DNA of 64,000 nt from Podarcis bocagei (Eukaryota). The notes beneath the pieces are model-generated. The model searched no databases. It was given only the letters and a program-made list of their open reading frames with translations, and was not told where the DNA came from. Shown here in pieces: positions 33,682 through 46,624 of the stretch. The stretch lies in NCBI GenBank assembly GCA_964188305.1, contig OZ076886.1, one strand, 5' to 3'. The stretch's first letter is position 1. Each line of letters begins with the position of its first letter. A program made the translations under genes and the position numbers.

Positions 33682-34998
33682 TACCCACAGTCAAGTCACT
33701 GTTGTTTCCCTCTCCTACAATTTTTACTCATATACTCTCAGTCTGCATTCTGTCATTCAAGTCATAGATCTCTTGATAAGTGTACACATTCTTTACATAT
33801 AATTTTGCTACCTCTCCTTTCCTGTATGGGCTATTCCTTTTGAATAGGGTATACCTCTCAGTTTGTACATTGCAGTCATGAGTTTCATCCCACCAGGTTT
33901 CACTAATGCCTAAAAGATCATATTTGCCAACCTGTATTAAGAGTGAAAATTCTTCTTGCTTGTTTCCTGTACTCTGTGCATTAGTGTAGAGACAAGTGAA
34001 ACAATGAGTCTTTCCTCTGCACACTGCTGCCTCTGTCACCCTCAGTAGGAAATCATCTGCTGCCAGCACACATCACTTTCGTTTGTGGAGAGCAGCAGGA
34101 ATTGTTCTGTTCATTGCCACCTCAGTGTGTTTTGGGTTTTCTACTTATATTCTTGCTGCTCTGGCTGAGAATTGGTGTCCAGGGTGAGGGCATGGAATTG
34201 ATTTTGCCACTCCAGAGACAAAACATGGCTCCTGACAGTCCTGCTTTCTTTGTGTTATGTTCCTTCAGGGGGTTGCCTCCTGTATTGGGTGATCTTGCTC
34301 CTCCCTAGGGTTCCCTTCCTGCATCTCTGCTCCAAGATAGTCCACTCGGGTCTAGTGAGAATTTCCTCATCTTGCCTGATAGCTCAGAGTGTGGTTGGCA
34401 GGCCTCATGTTGCTGTATCTTCTCTTCCAGCAAGGTAATCAGCTTGCACTTGCTACATGTGTAGTTTTGCCCGTTCTTAGGCAGGAAGACAAACATGGCA
34501 CAGATGTTGCTGGTAATTGCAGCAGCTGCATTACCCTCCAGGTCTCTTGGTTCCCCACACACTGTGAGACAGCTCCAGGCTTCCCCCTCAAACTAAACAA
34601 CCTTGCAAATGCCCCTGTTTACAAGTCCTGGCCATGAGAGCTTCACCTGCTGGATTTCCTCCTGTAGTGCTTGTATTAAAAATACAGCAGCCCTGTCTTG
34701 TTGCAGGTGGCGCTGTCGCCATGTTTGAAACCGCCTGCGTTTGAAGCATCTGCTGCGCCAAGATGGTGAGGCCCGTGAGGCCCAGCGCTTGAAGAGGCGG
34801 TGGGCAGGGAAGCCACAGAGATGAGTTTTGCCAGATGCTGAGAGGGGAACACGACTGCCTGAGGAGTTCCAGGCAATTTTCATCCCCCCACCTCCCCACT
34901 TTTTCTTGCTTGTATTCTTACTTGCCTTAAGACTGCCTTCTCAGCAATGCCACTGCCTCAACCTTTTCAGACAGATAGCCGAGTTAGTCTTTTGCATC

Positions 34999-35151
34999 AA
35001 AAACAACAAAAGAGTCTAGTAGTGCTTTCAAAGACTAACGAAGATATTATGGCATAATCTTTCATAGACCAAGTGGACTGTAGTCCATGAAAGCTTAAGC
35101 CATAATAAATGCGTTGGTCTTTAAGGTGCTACAAGACTCTTTGTTGTTTTT
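34999..35151. repeat. Fold-back (inverted) pair of pseudo-LTR ends from a second Penelope family
   Basis: Imperfect inverted arms of about 70 nt around caagtggactgta. Contains gtggactgtagtccat-GAAA-GC-UU, the 3' half of a hammerhead lacking the CUGANGA box. Confidence 0.7.
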
Positions 35152-35936
35152 CACTACAACAGATGAATACTACTGCTCCTCTGGAAACTCTTCCCTGACA
35201 TTATTTATGAAGCTAAACAGCCCAGGCCCCAGAACTCACTGCAGACCTCCACTTGCCACCTCTTTTCTCTTTTATGTCAATTCATTATTATCCACTGAGT
35301 GCAGTTATTTTTAGACACTTGCATACCCACTTTATGGTTGTTTCATTTAGTTCACATAATTCATCCTTGCCCAAGAGGATGCGATTTGGGGCTGGATCAA
35401 TATCCTTGTTGATATCTAGGGCTGTGAGGCTGCTTAGAGAACACTAACAGGACTTTCCAATTCCTGGCTGAAGAGTGGGAGGAAACTCCTTGTACGTGTG
35501 GTGCTGGCGTTGTGTATTTATGGGCTGTAGATTGCAGCCTAGATAATTTCCACCTGTATACTTAACTGACAAGAGAAGAGAACCAACAGAGCATTTCTAA
35601 TCCCCAGGTCTGCTGGCTAGAGATGGTTTAGGATGAGACAGAGGTACCTCTCAGCCAGGGGAGGACCATGCTCAGTGCAGAGGTCCTGCCGTGCTCGTGG
35701 TTCTAGATCTGCCAGTGGTGTTTTGGCTAGTGGAAGCCATTATTAGCCCCCAATATTTGGTTCATCACCCCCCCCCCAGCTTTGCCCATCAGTTTGCCAT
35801 AATTTCTTCTGTAACATCACTACACTTGCTATGAGAAGTTGGCTTTGTTTTTCTCTAAACAATTCTAAGAGTATTTTCCTCATTTTGAATACCTAGCTCT
35901 ATCTTCTTTAGCCCTTTTAAAAAAACCTACCCTGTA

Positions 35937-36178
35937 CAGTGGAACCTCGGTTGACGAATGTAATCCATTCTGGAAGACCATTTGACTTCCAAAACGTTCA
36001 ACAACCGAGGTGCAATTGCCGGTTGGCAAATTCCATTGAGAAAAATGGAGAAAAACACCTCGGAAGCCGTTCGACTTCCGAGGCGCATTCAAAAACTGAA
36101 GCATTCACTTCTGGGTTGTCGGCATTCGATAGCCGAAACGTTCGACTTCTGAAGTGTTCAACAACCGAGGTTCCACTG
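35937..36178. mobile_element. pogo/Tigger-like MITE
   Basis: TA|CAGTGGAACCTCGGTTG...CAACCGAGGTTCCACTG|TA, with an internal repeat of the right end near 35990-36011. Confidence 0.9.
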
Positions 36179-37440
36179 TAGTAGGCTTTGTGAATCAGAT
36201 CAATTCTCTGAATTCAAATTTGTGTAGAATGTCCCTTTCATATTGCCCAAATATTATTTTACATGCTCTTTTCTGCTACTAACTTCATGTTTCTCTTCAA
36301 TTTTTGTTTCTATTAATATCATTGGTTGTTTCAGTACTTCACCTTTTTTAAAATAGATGTTGCACTCTATTGTATACTCTGTTGGTATCTTTTTCTGAGG
36401 TAAACAACACACTTGAGATGCCTTTCTTTGTTTGCAACATAAAAATATCTGTCTCTGGCTGGTTGCAACTCATTGTGTACCTTTCTTTTTCTGACTTTTG
36501 TCCAGCCTTACACTCCTGTGCTGGATCAGTATTCTTGACCTTAGCAATCTATCTCTCCTTCTCCTTTTGGTCAGTTTCCATTTTAGACTCTTCAGTCATT
36601 AAAAAGATTCCTGCGTCGCCGTTATGTGTCATGTTCAATTTCTCCTGTTCTTTCTCTGCTTGGATATGGCTTGCAATTGTGCTTCCATTGTTGCATCCTT
36701 TAAATCTTAACTGTCCCTGACAAATGCTCATACTGTTGACTTTTAAAAATGTACTTAGTTGTCAGTTCAGGGAGGCCATAGCATGATAGCCATTTTGATG
36801 GATGTGCCACCCCCCTTCCTTCAGAGGCAAATAAAAGAAGTTATCAGTCTAAAGTATGATACACAGGAGGGTGACGTCTCATAGTGAACAGCATTAGATT
36901 GTGGAGTTCTTCCCCCCCCCTTATTAACTAAGTGCCCCTTGCCTTTGGGGAATCAACTTTGCTGGATGATACCTTTCCAGCTGTACTAAGAAAGCACCTT
37001 GCCCTGTTAGATGTCCCTGCTGGAAGATCTTATCAAGTTTTTCTTTTGCATTTTCACTCTTTATAACTTCCTGAATGTAAAAGCAAACAACTTCTTGTTA
37101 AAATCCTATGCAGCTGGTACTCTGCATGGGAGTGACTGACATGAGGTCTATTGTCCTTTGCTGCTAATCTGTTTACACGTTTGCCTGCATCCCTCGTTGC
37201 TCATTATACTTACCACACAACTCCTTTAATAGCTACAGAATACTCTTTTATTTGTGTCTGAAAGTCACATTTCTCACCAGTCGAGGAGTCTGCCTTTGTG
37301 CCAGCTTTTCCTTTTCTTTCCCCCCCTCTTCCCTGGGCTTGGAGATTTGGATGAAGGTTGAGGCAGGAGGGATGGGGGAAGGGTGGCAAATGGTAGCATC
37401 TTCTGTAGTTTATGTATTTACCATATTTCTTCTCTTGCAG

Positions 37441-37531
37441 CAGGAGTCCAAGGAGGAACATGGTCTGCAGAAGAAAAGAACAAAGCAGCAGCTGGATAGA
37501 CTGAAGTTTGCCGCAAAAAGGAAAATAGCAC
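37441..37531 (+). CDS. UIMC1: UIMC1 coding exon 2 (alternative acceptor giving start 37444)
   Basis: Acceptor ttctcttgcag|cag and donor C|gtaggt. Encodes (Q)ESKEEHGLQKKRTKQQLDRLKFAAKRKIA, matching RAP80 E.KEE.GLQK..TKQ....K..AKRKIA. Confidence 0.93.
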
Positions 37532-40500
37532 GTAGGTCTCATCTGCGCAGGGGAATGTGGGAGCTGGAGAATGAGAGTACACTGGTTTTTTTTGTATGGA
37601 GTTTCTTACATATGCCTTTGCATGACACATATGCCAGGGCCTACCAACTCAAAAGTAGCCGCTTTGTATGAGGTCTGACATTGTATGCGGATAAACAATG
37701 TCACCACAGATACATATAGATATGATACAGCTAAGTGTCATTGTGCATATCTATTGGCATAAAGGAGAAGAGCCTTGTAAGGTTGCCAAGGCTGTCACTG
37801 TTTATGCAAAGTACAACATTACTATCTATTTCCTCTATGAAGACAATGGAACAAGGGCTATGTTATATGGCAGCCGTGAGATGAGAAAAAGGATAAGAAG
37901 ACCTTGAATCTAAGCTCTATCCAGAGACAACTGTAGTTGGTGTGTAGAGTTACAGTCTCACGGACAGAATATTCTTGCTTGTTGCTTGATTGGTTATTAG
38001 GGCAAGAGTACATGCGGTTTATTCAGTAATTAGCCTTCTGGGTGACTCTGTAACTTAATTTATTTGTGAAATGAAATTCTTTGCTGTGATTCTAGGATCT
38101 TGTTCTTCTAGAAACGTGCTGTTTCACAGAGGTAGTCTTAGTTAGATCGCCTCAGCTGAGCCCATTGCTGTAAGTTTGCAGCAGCAGTTTATAAGTATGC
38201 TCCAACTCACAAGATTTATTGTGAGTGGTGCTGGTTTTACAAGGAGCATCTGATTTGGAAATATAATGGAATACATTTCTGAATGGACCCCAAGCAGTGG
38301 TTGTAACCTGATAAACTCCAAATGGAGGAGATGGGAAGTAGGTTGCAAATAGCCCTCTTTGCAAATCCCTTTGTAGGAAGAAAGAAGTGCATATTCAGTA
38401 CTCCAAACAAGCTAAAGGCCCACAGATGTGAGCAAGAAGGCATGAAATCCTCTGTGTGTACAGAATACCTAGGAGAGAGATTAACATGAAGCCATCCATG
38501 TTTTGTGTTGAAACTGTAATGTGTAGAATCCATTTGCCGCTGGCAGCACAAGACTAGATCCTCCGTCCAGCATCCAGCAGAATGTGGTCTTAGAACTGCG
38601 CTTGATAATTGGCATGAGCAAAGGTAGTGAGTCTCCTCATCAGTTCGCTCCTTTGGATGCAGGTCTCATACCTACTACATTAGAGCAGTCAATTAGCAAT
38701 AATTAATTAGGCACATCCACTTACATGTCTGCTCTTTTATTTATTAGAACTATAATTAGCCTTTTAGTGTTTATTTTTAGGCAAATTAAGGTTCATTTCT
38801 TTGAAATATAAACCACTGTCAGTGTTTTAAAGGGTTGCTTGGGTTTTATGACAAATTGGCCTCTTGGAGATGTGGCTGCCTAGGGAGGGTGGGATTGTTT
38901 GGCCCCTCCTATGTAGGCCAATTGAGACTTATTCAAGCAATTAATAACTGTGTATAGTGGTAGTGATGTTTTTATTCAAGAAAAGGCTGTTTTCCTCCCA
39001 ATGCAAACAGCAATCACCAGGGGCAGGGGCTGGAACTGGGGTATGGGCAAAGGGTTAAAGTCCCCCTCCCTGCAGTTGGCATTTCCCCATGACCACTATT
39101 TACTTAAAACAAACATTCACCCAACTACTAATCCGTGAATAATGTCACGTCTGGTTTCATCCTATGTGGAGAAATAAGGCCCGCATGTGCTGCCAATTTC
39201 CAAAGCTGGAACATTTCTCATATTGTTAGTGTTTAAGGCACATTGTTCTTTTCTGACTTTGTAATTTTTAATCATTTTTAACATTGAGCTATAATTCAAA
39301 TACACCCGTGACGTTATATTCTCAACAAGCTAAGATTAAAACATACAAACCTACATAAATCCTTTTCTTTGGAATGTTTCTGATGTATGTCTTCTAGAAC
39401 AGTAAATCTCTTTTCACTGTACATTAATTTCACTATGATTGTGAGTGTAATACAGCCAACATTTTTGGGGGTGGGGGTGGGGAATCTGTTAGCAAGAAAA
39501 CTCAGAACTGGTGGTGCTTTGCATCTAATTCGTTTTCAAACGTCCAACTGAAACATGAATTGTGTAGTAAATTGGCATATTAGCATGTAAAAAGGCTCAG
39601 AACTAGTTTAATTTGTTTAAGGCTGTAATGTCTTTAAAAGCAGTGTATGTACACCCCCTCCTCATGTTTTCTTGGCGGGATTGATCATATGACACTGACA
39701 TTTCTACTTATCAATGGAACTAGGAGTGTAGTGGGAGCCTAGCTTTGGAACAATGAAACTATGCTGACTTTAGCACACAAACAAAAAACCCCTCAAGTTT
39801 TATAATGGAGCTATTCAGAATTCGTGGGCACATATGTGCAAGCACATAATTTGTGTCCGAAAGGGCATGCAAATGGTTTTCTGTCTGCTAGACGTTGGTT
39901 GTATAGACTACCTGCCAAACCATTCAGACAGTGCTTGCTTCTGAGAGCTCAGCTTCTATTTTTGTGTCTTGGAGCTCTTAAATAGTCTGTTTGCCCACAC
40001 CAGTAGGAGGCTAACGCAATACTTAGAATTTCTAATCATCATAAATTATGACCAATGTAATCAACATCAAGCGCACACAAATTGTGAGCGTTTGCAGACA
40101 GCGTTTAGAAATGATCAGATGTTAAGCAGAATAATACATGATAGCCAGAGATACGCAGCATGGCTTTGACAGAACAGATGCCCTGCTTCTCTCAGGGAGA
40201 TGGCTTGCTCCTTTCACTGTCGTGCAAGTTGGATGTATTTCATGGTGGGTGGGGGGCAAAGATTTATCCTTTTCAATGCACCCGTGAATTTGGAAAGTGG
40301 AATAAATGTTGTTTATTTTCTCTCTCTGATATGCCAGAAGGATTCTTGTCTAGAGTTCTTCCGTGTTCCATTTTACTATGCCCTTTTTTTCACTCCCTGG
40401 CAGCATGATACACCATATTGCTTCTTAGATGGAATTTCATTTGCATTGTGTTTTATAGTTGTTGACAGTCTGGTTATGCAGTCATGGGTTTTTGGTTTTT

Positions 40501-42852
40501 TTTAAGTGAGAGATTGAGAACAGGTAACTGATGATTGTGATCCTATGTCCATTAATTTCTGCTTAGATCCCTTGCAGTTTTGCTGCCAGTATCTTAATTA
40601 TATGAATTCCAGTAATTATAAAATATTCTGCTGGTTCTTGAGGATGTCCAGGCCCTTGTACTGTATATGTACAAGAATACACATTCCAGTGGAAAAGCTA
40701 TAATATGGCTGCTCAAAGCACTGTTGCTTTTAAGAAGGGGGGGGGATAACTCAGCAGCTTATTTCTGCATACAGCTGTTAAAGGCACAAGAACCCTGTTT
40801 CCTTAGTGCCAAACTTAAACCAAAGCCTACGCTGTCATCCTGTAGACACATACCTGGGAATAAGCCCCATTAATCCCAAAGAGACTTACTTTTCAGTAGG
40901 CATGTATAGCATTGTACTGAAAGTTAACATAATGAGTGTCTGGCTTTAGGCCCTGCACAGCAGGAGACACACCTAAGCATATTTGAAGAATTTACACGTT
41001 TTGCATTTGCTATTCAGGAAAGGGATTCTTTAACAACCAGTTGCACTTACTGTGTAGTAGTATTTGCAGATCATCACCTCTAAGGAATACCTGATCTCAT
41101 ATGAACCCACCATAGGTGCATCCTGGTTACCAGGAAAAAAGGAAGGGCCAACTCTGGAAATCTCAAGGACTACTATAGAATAAGACAGAAGCAGGAAAGT
41201 GCACTAAAGAACCCCAGGGATTCCTGCTGCCTGGTGTCCAAACAACTCGCATATCAATCGCAGCTCTGACATCACTCATTGGGAGCTGGGAGCAGCCAGG
41301 CTGGCTCACTTCACAGAAATTGCTTAGAAGGATACCTGCATCTTTTGCTTCATAGGTTTCTTTCTAGGAGGGCTAGAGATTTTCTTAAGAAAATAATAAA
41401 TAAACTTAGGCTATTGTGCCCTGATACTGTACCCATGGGTGGGGCATTGCCCCCACCCCCCTGACTTAAACTCAGCTCCAGGAAAGCTAATGCCCATTAA
41501 GCAGGGCAAAATGAAACGGCATTGTGTCACATAGTTGCTTATTCATAGTTGTGACCATATCCAAGGGGTGTTGCAAAGTCCATGTTTCAGTTTAGACCTG
41601 CTGCTTTTCTCTTGGGAAGAGGGAGTGGTGAGGTTCAGTAATCCACAAATGAGGTTTCCTTTGGAGGCATTTCTCATGTGTTGAGAAGATGCTCCTGAGG
41701 AGGCTGTGATGGCGTCCTAATTGCTTTGGTGTCCAAACACTTTACAGTAAAGGAATCTGAGCTATTCACCGTGTCTGGAAGGTGATCTGTTTCTTCAAAG
41801 CTCTTCTCTTTAGTTTCTTCTATGGTGTTTTGTGCTCAGGTGCACTTGTTGGGTTAAGAGTTGTTATGTGTGAGAGAGGATTTCTCAGAAAGTGCTGCTC
41901 AGAATCAACTTACAATGGTTTGACTGAAGAGTGTTTCAATGTGCTCTTCAAATTCTCAGAAAGCAGGGGAGTTGCTGGAGTTTCTTTTTCATTCTGGTTT
42001 TCAGGCTTGGATATTTTTAGTTAAGTGAAAGTGATGGGTCAGAAATCTAAAAAAACCAACACCCTGGTGTTTTCCAGAACAGCTTTGGTTTTTTGTTTTT
42101 GCAACGCTTGTGATTTTTAGTATGTCCCAGAAAATCATTTAGGGAACAACTTTGTATAGGTAGGGAGAGAGTGGTCTCATCCCAGGTAGGAAAGCGTGCA
42201 GATCTGAAGATCATTCTCTGCCTTTTCCAGGTTGTTCTTCTCATTTTTATATTTTTAATTTTTTGCACTAGTCCAGGCAAATGTGGCTCGTGACCTTTGC
42301 CCGTTTGCATTTCAGGAGGCTTGGCAGTATACACCACAGAGCACTATGACTTTTAAAGTTAATAATAATGTTGAGTGGAAAGGAACTAACTTCATTGTGC
42401 TCTACCAGCAGACTGTGCCTTTTAGAAAAAGTCTGTTCATGCACAGTTCAGTGTTCAAAGTCTACCGCTTTTCCTTTGCGCCCTTTGATGATAGTATTGC
42501 ATGTGGAAGTACAAAACAGGGTCGCTGCCAGATGATTATGTGATAAAATATTTCATTGTGATGAATTCACCAAAGAGTCAAAGCTGAGATCACTATGGGA
42601 ACCTTAACTAAATGCCCTGACTTGGTTCAGTGATTTGATATTGCACAAAATGCATTACTCTGCATTTAGCACTGTCTGTTCCAGTTTTGAAGGCACACGG
42701 CAAGGTAAGCTGAGATGTAACAGCTTTGATCCAATTTAGTTGGCCTTTTTTCCCTGTGAAGGTGAAAGTCCCCAGGCACCTTCTTCAGGGCATAAGGAAT
42801 GAGAGCCTGCTGCATTGTATTGTGTTACGCTTTTCTTTTTCACTTTTTTCAG

Positions 42853-42977
42853 AGATGACGGAAGATGAACAGTTTGCCCTGGCTCTGAAAATGAGCGAGC
42901 AAGAAGCCAGGCAGTTGAACTCTCAAGAGGAGGAAGAGGAAGAGCTTCTGAGAAAGGCCATTGCTGAGAGCCTTGGT
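42853..42977 (+). CDS. UIMC1: UIMC1 coding exon 3 (tandem ubiquitin-interacting motifs)
   Basis: 125 nt, ttttttcag| ... |gtaagt. Encodes (Q)[41 protein letters not shown]. Confidence 0.97.
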
Positions 42978-43352
42978 GTAAGTGAAGCAGAAATACTTGG
43001 GCTACAGAACTGCCCGTTCACATCTTTCCCTGCCCTGTACTCCCCCTCTGCAGTTCAAATGAGGTGTTTGTTATGGGACAGGCTTCCATCTGGAATTCTA
43101 GCCAGTCTTCTGTAAGGCATAAATGCATCTGACAAGGTGAGCTCACAATACATTTGTTAATCTTCACCATGTTAACAGCCCCAAACACGGCTAATGAATG
43201 ATTTCACCTTTAGCTATCATTTTGTAGATTAACATGGAAGTGTCCATTTATATATTTTACTCAGTAGAGCAGCAGTCAGTTTGATTTAATAATTAGGAAT
43301 GTACATTTTCAAAGGCAAATCATTTGTGTGCATTTTTCACCCTCCTTTCTAG

Positions 43353-44486
43353 AGCTGCCAGCCTTCTGAGTCTTCGGCTGCAGCTGCCGTGCCCCATCCT
43401 TCCAAGGCACCAGTGTCTTCAGCACCAAGCTACCCAGCTGGGCAAGAGGATCCTGAGCTCCTTGCAGCTCTACTGCCTTGCCCTGAGTCTCCTTGCTCCG
43501 AGTACAGCTCCCTCTCACACAGTGACAAAACTGATAAGAATGGACAGACAGATGTCGCCAAGAGGCCCCTAGTAGTACTGACGAGGTTAAGCCAGGCAAC
43601 AGTTGAGAGCTCACTAGTCTCTAGCATAATTGTATCTCCAGGGAAGAGCCAACCTTCTGCAAGGTCAAATGAAAACCCTTCCCCATCAGCAAGGAGCAGT
43701 TCCAGCGATACACCACCCAGTCTAGAAGAAGGGACATCAGTTGCCTTAAGTCCCACCTTTCCCCAAAGGCCTCGGGGCACTTTGTCACTGGCATCTCAGA
43801 GACTTTTTGCAGGACGGTTTAGCCCTCCAAAGCCAACAGGCAAGGAAACTGAAAAGCATTCCCAAAATTACATGGAAGGAGATTCCCTTCCTGGTTGCTC
43901 AGAAGCTCCGGAGAAAGTGGCCCTAGAGCAAAGCATGTTGGACTACTCCAGCAGACCAGGGTCTGAACTTGGACATCGGTTGGAGCCCATCAAGAAGGCA
44001 TGTCTTTCTCCTGGGCTGGTGGAAAGGACTGAATTGCCCAGAAATGCTCCTCCACTGTGCGCACTTCATAGGGGTGACGAGGAGTGCCAAGAAGGCGAAG
44101 AGAGAGACATGGTGCACTATTACTGGGGTGTTCCCTTCTGCCCTAAAGGCGTGGATCCCAACAAATATACCCAAGTCATCCTGTGTCAGCTTGAGGTTTA
44201 CCAGAAAAGCCTGAAACAGGCTCAGCGACAGCTTCTACACAAGAAACCATTTGGGGAGCCCATTGTCCCCAATTTGTGTCCCTTGAGGCGAAGTGACCGT
44301 GGCAAAGCAGCAAAGGAAGCATCTAAGATAGATGAAGGTACAGATGAGCAGGAAGGAGAAGAAATGGATGAGAAAAAGGAGCCTGAGAGCATAGCCTGGC
44401 TTCTGTCCCCAATAAATGGAGAGCAGAACATGGCAGGGGGAAGAAACCCTGAGCGTGATGATGAGCCAGCAAGCAGCTCATTTCAG
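43353..44486 (+). CDS. UIMC1: UIMC1 large coding exon 4 (Ser/Pro-rich region and Abraxas-interacting region)
   Basis: Acceptor cctttctag|AGC, uninterrupted 378-codon frame, donor CAG|gtaaat. Contains VHYYWGVPFCPKGVDPNKYTQVILCQLEVYQKSLKQAQRQLLHKKPFGEP. Confidence 0.9.
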
Positions 44487-46624
44487 GTAAATTTGCTGCG
44501 CTTTCTTTGTCGGTCTGGTGAATTCTGAATGAAGGAGGGGGAGTGGCTAGTTATCTTTGCTTGATGTTGTGATCTATACAACAGACTAGACCCCAAAGAA
44601 TGTTGGTGCGTATTTAGGGGTACATTGGTTCACTACGACTTGCCACACTTCTAAGGTCAAAGAGATTTGGTGAACTTTGCAGCTTTTTAAAAGAATAGTG
44701 GACAACTCAGAAATTTATAGGATCTAGCATTATAGTGAACTGAATCTCTAGTAGGTGGCTGTTCAAGCAAGGGGGGAGAAACTTTTCAGCCCCAAGCTAA
44801 CCTTGTGGCTTAACCTTCTGGGGGCCACATGCTAGCTGTGTGCAGGGCCAAAGCAAAAAGTGGGTATACACACACTCCTTTACATGAACACAAACACTTC
44901 CATGCGCTCTCCCTAGCTTCAGTCTCCAGGAACTTGCCCTCTCCTCCCAGAGTGGCAGTCAGGCTTGAAAAAAAGCATTGGAGCTAATGGAAGTCATTTT
45001 TTCAAGCCTAATTGTCACTTGGGGAATATTGGGGGCATGGAGCATGTTATAGTCAGATGAGGAGGACTCATGGGCTGCGTCTGAGCCGGTGGGCTTGAGG
45101 TTCCCCATCACTGAGATAGCTTGTTTCTGCCAAGAGATTAAATAATAGACTTGAAACCCAGTTTGTGCTCTCTGGTTTCTAAATTGTAACAAATGTGACT
45201 TTCCTTTGCAAGATCAATCTTAGAAAGCATATATCAATGTATCTTACCGCCAAAATGTTCAGCTCTTGATGGTTATGTTAATAGCTACGAAGGCAACCAT
45301 ATGACTGAAAATTGTGGCTTATACACAAAGAGTTCTAGTATAGCAAGTCATCTATTGCTGGCATGAGCATTGCTGCATTTTTAAAAAAAATTGTTTGTTT
45401 TGCTTGGCCTGTTCTCTGCCTTACTAGGTAAATCCATATGCTACCAGAGATAGTAAAATGCCATGTGACCTAGTTCTAAAATACATTTTCAGCAGGAAAA
45501 CATTTGCTATTTTGCACTGAGTTTTTTACATTATTTTGCTCTTTGGGAGATGTACCATTCATAAGACTATGCAGTCTCTTAGGATTTCTCTGTGTTTCTT
45601 AGCCAGTTGCACAACTTAGGTTTTAAGGGCGCCTAAGCAGCAGTGATTGATTTTAATGGGCAAGCTTTCCTATGTGTTTATCATGTCACTGAACAGAGGA
45701 TGAGATGTGACAGGGAGAATGTTATAATCCTTCCTCATTGGTGTGGCATGCGCAGCCAAGCCAAACATTAACCTGTTCCTCTTGCTTTAATTGTTGTCTC
45801 TGTGTGCCATTTTTTCAAGCTGCCGGACAGCCACTAGGTGTCAGTGTTTGTTTCATTTCAAGAGCTGGAAGCAGCTTTCGGTCATTGCTGCTGTTTAAAC
45901 AGATTGCTAGTCAGATGAAGTATTTATTGCTGCTGTATTTTAGGTTTGTGTCAGCCTTTTCCAACCCTCATTTTTCATAATGACTTCGCTGCTAGATCAT
46001 TGTATAACTTTATCTTCGCTCTGACTGAAGCTCAACCTTGTTGTTACTATTTTCAAGTGTATTTGATTGTTTACCCCAGTGATGGAAAGATACTTAACTT
46101 GTTTTGTGATATTTATATTCTGTCTTGTAATATTGAACGCGCTGAGGAAAAACTGTCATGTCTGCATTTTCTTTCAGAAGCAAAAGTGCAGTGCAGCCTT
46201 GCTTCTGGTTTCACAGTTTTGGATCCAGAGTAGCTATATTTAAACACACCTTAAAGGTGACCTGCGAAGGAGAAAATGTTGGACTTGTGCCCTATTTTTG
46301 CTCGTTTATGATAGATGGAGATGACCGAGATGACCGAGTGTTTTTGTGTCAAAGCTGTTTTTATCTCTCTGCCTCAGTTGTTGGAAATCCAGGCCTTATT
46401 TAGCCTGGATTTTTGTGTGTGTGTGTGGCATGTGAAGTTCTGATGAAAATCTAGGAAAACCCCAAAGGCCTGATAGCACTGGTAGCCAAGAAAGGGAATT
46501 AATAATATAGGAAGCTGTCAAATGGGAGACTGTGATGAGCTGATACATCTAAGCACAGAAGTTAGATATACCCCAGCTTCTTCAAAGCCATTCTTAGGAA
46601 CACGGGGAGACTCTTTATACAGAG

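Larger units (their letters stand above)
32600..34570 (-). mobile_element. CR1 LINE 5' portion (ORF1 and endonuclease), interrupted at about 32835-33681
   Basis: ORF1-like CAMFVFLP...YTCSKCKLITLLEEKIQQ. APE motifs CLYTNAQSTGNKQEE..YDLLGISETWWDETHD..YTLFKRN. The element resumes below 32845 with TCTLEFKKAGFKKL. Confidence 0.88.

Noticed and set aside
43309-44431. Alternative-frame and antisense ORFs over the large exon
   Set aside because: These are shadows of the UIMC1 coding frame with no independent evidence.
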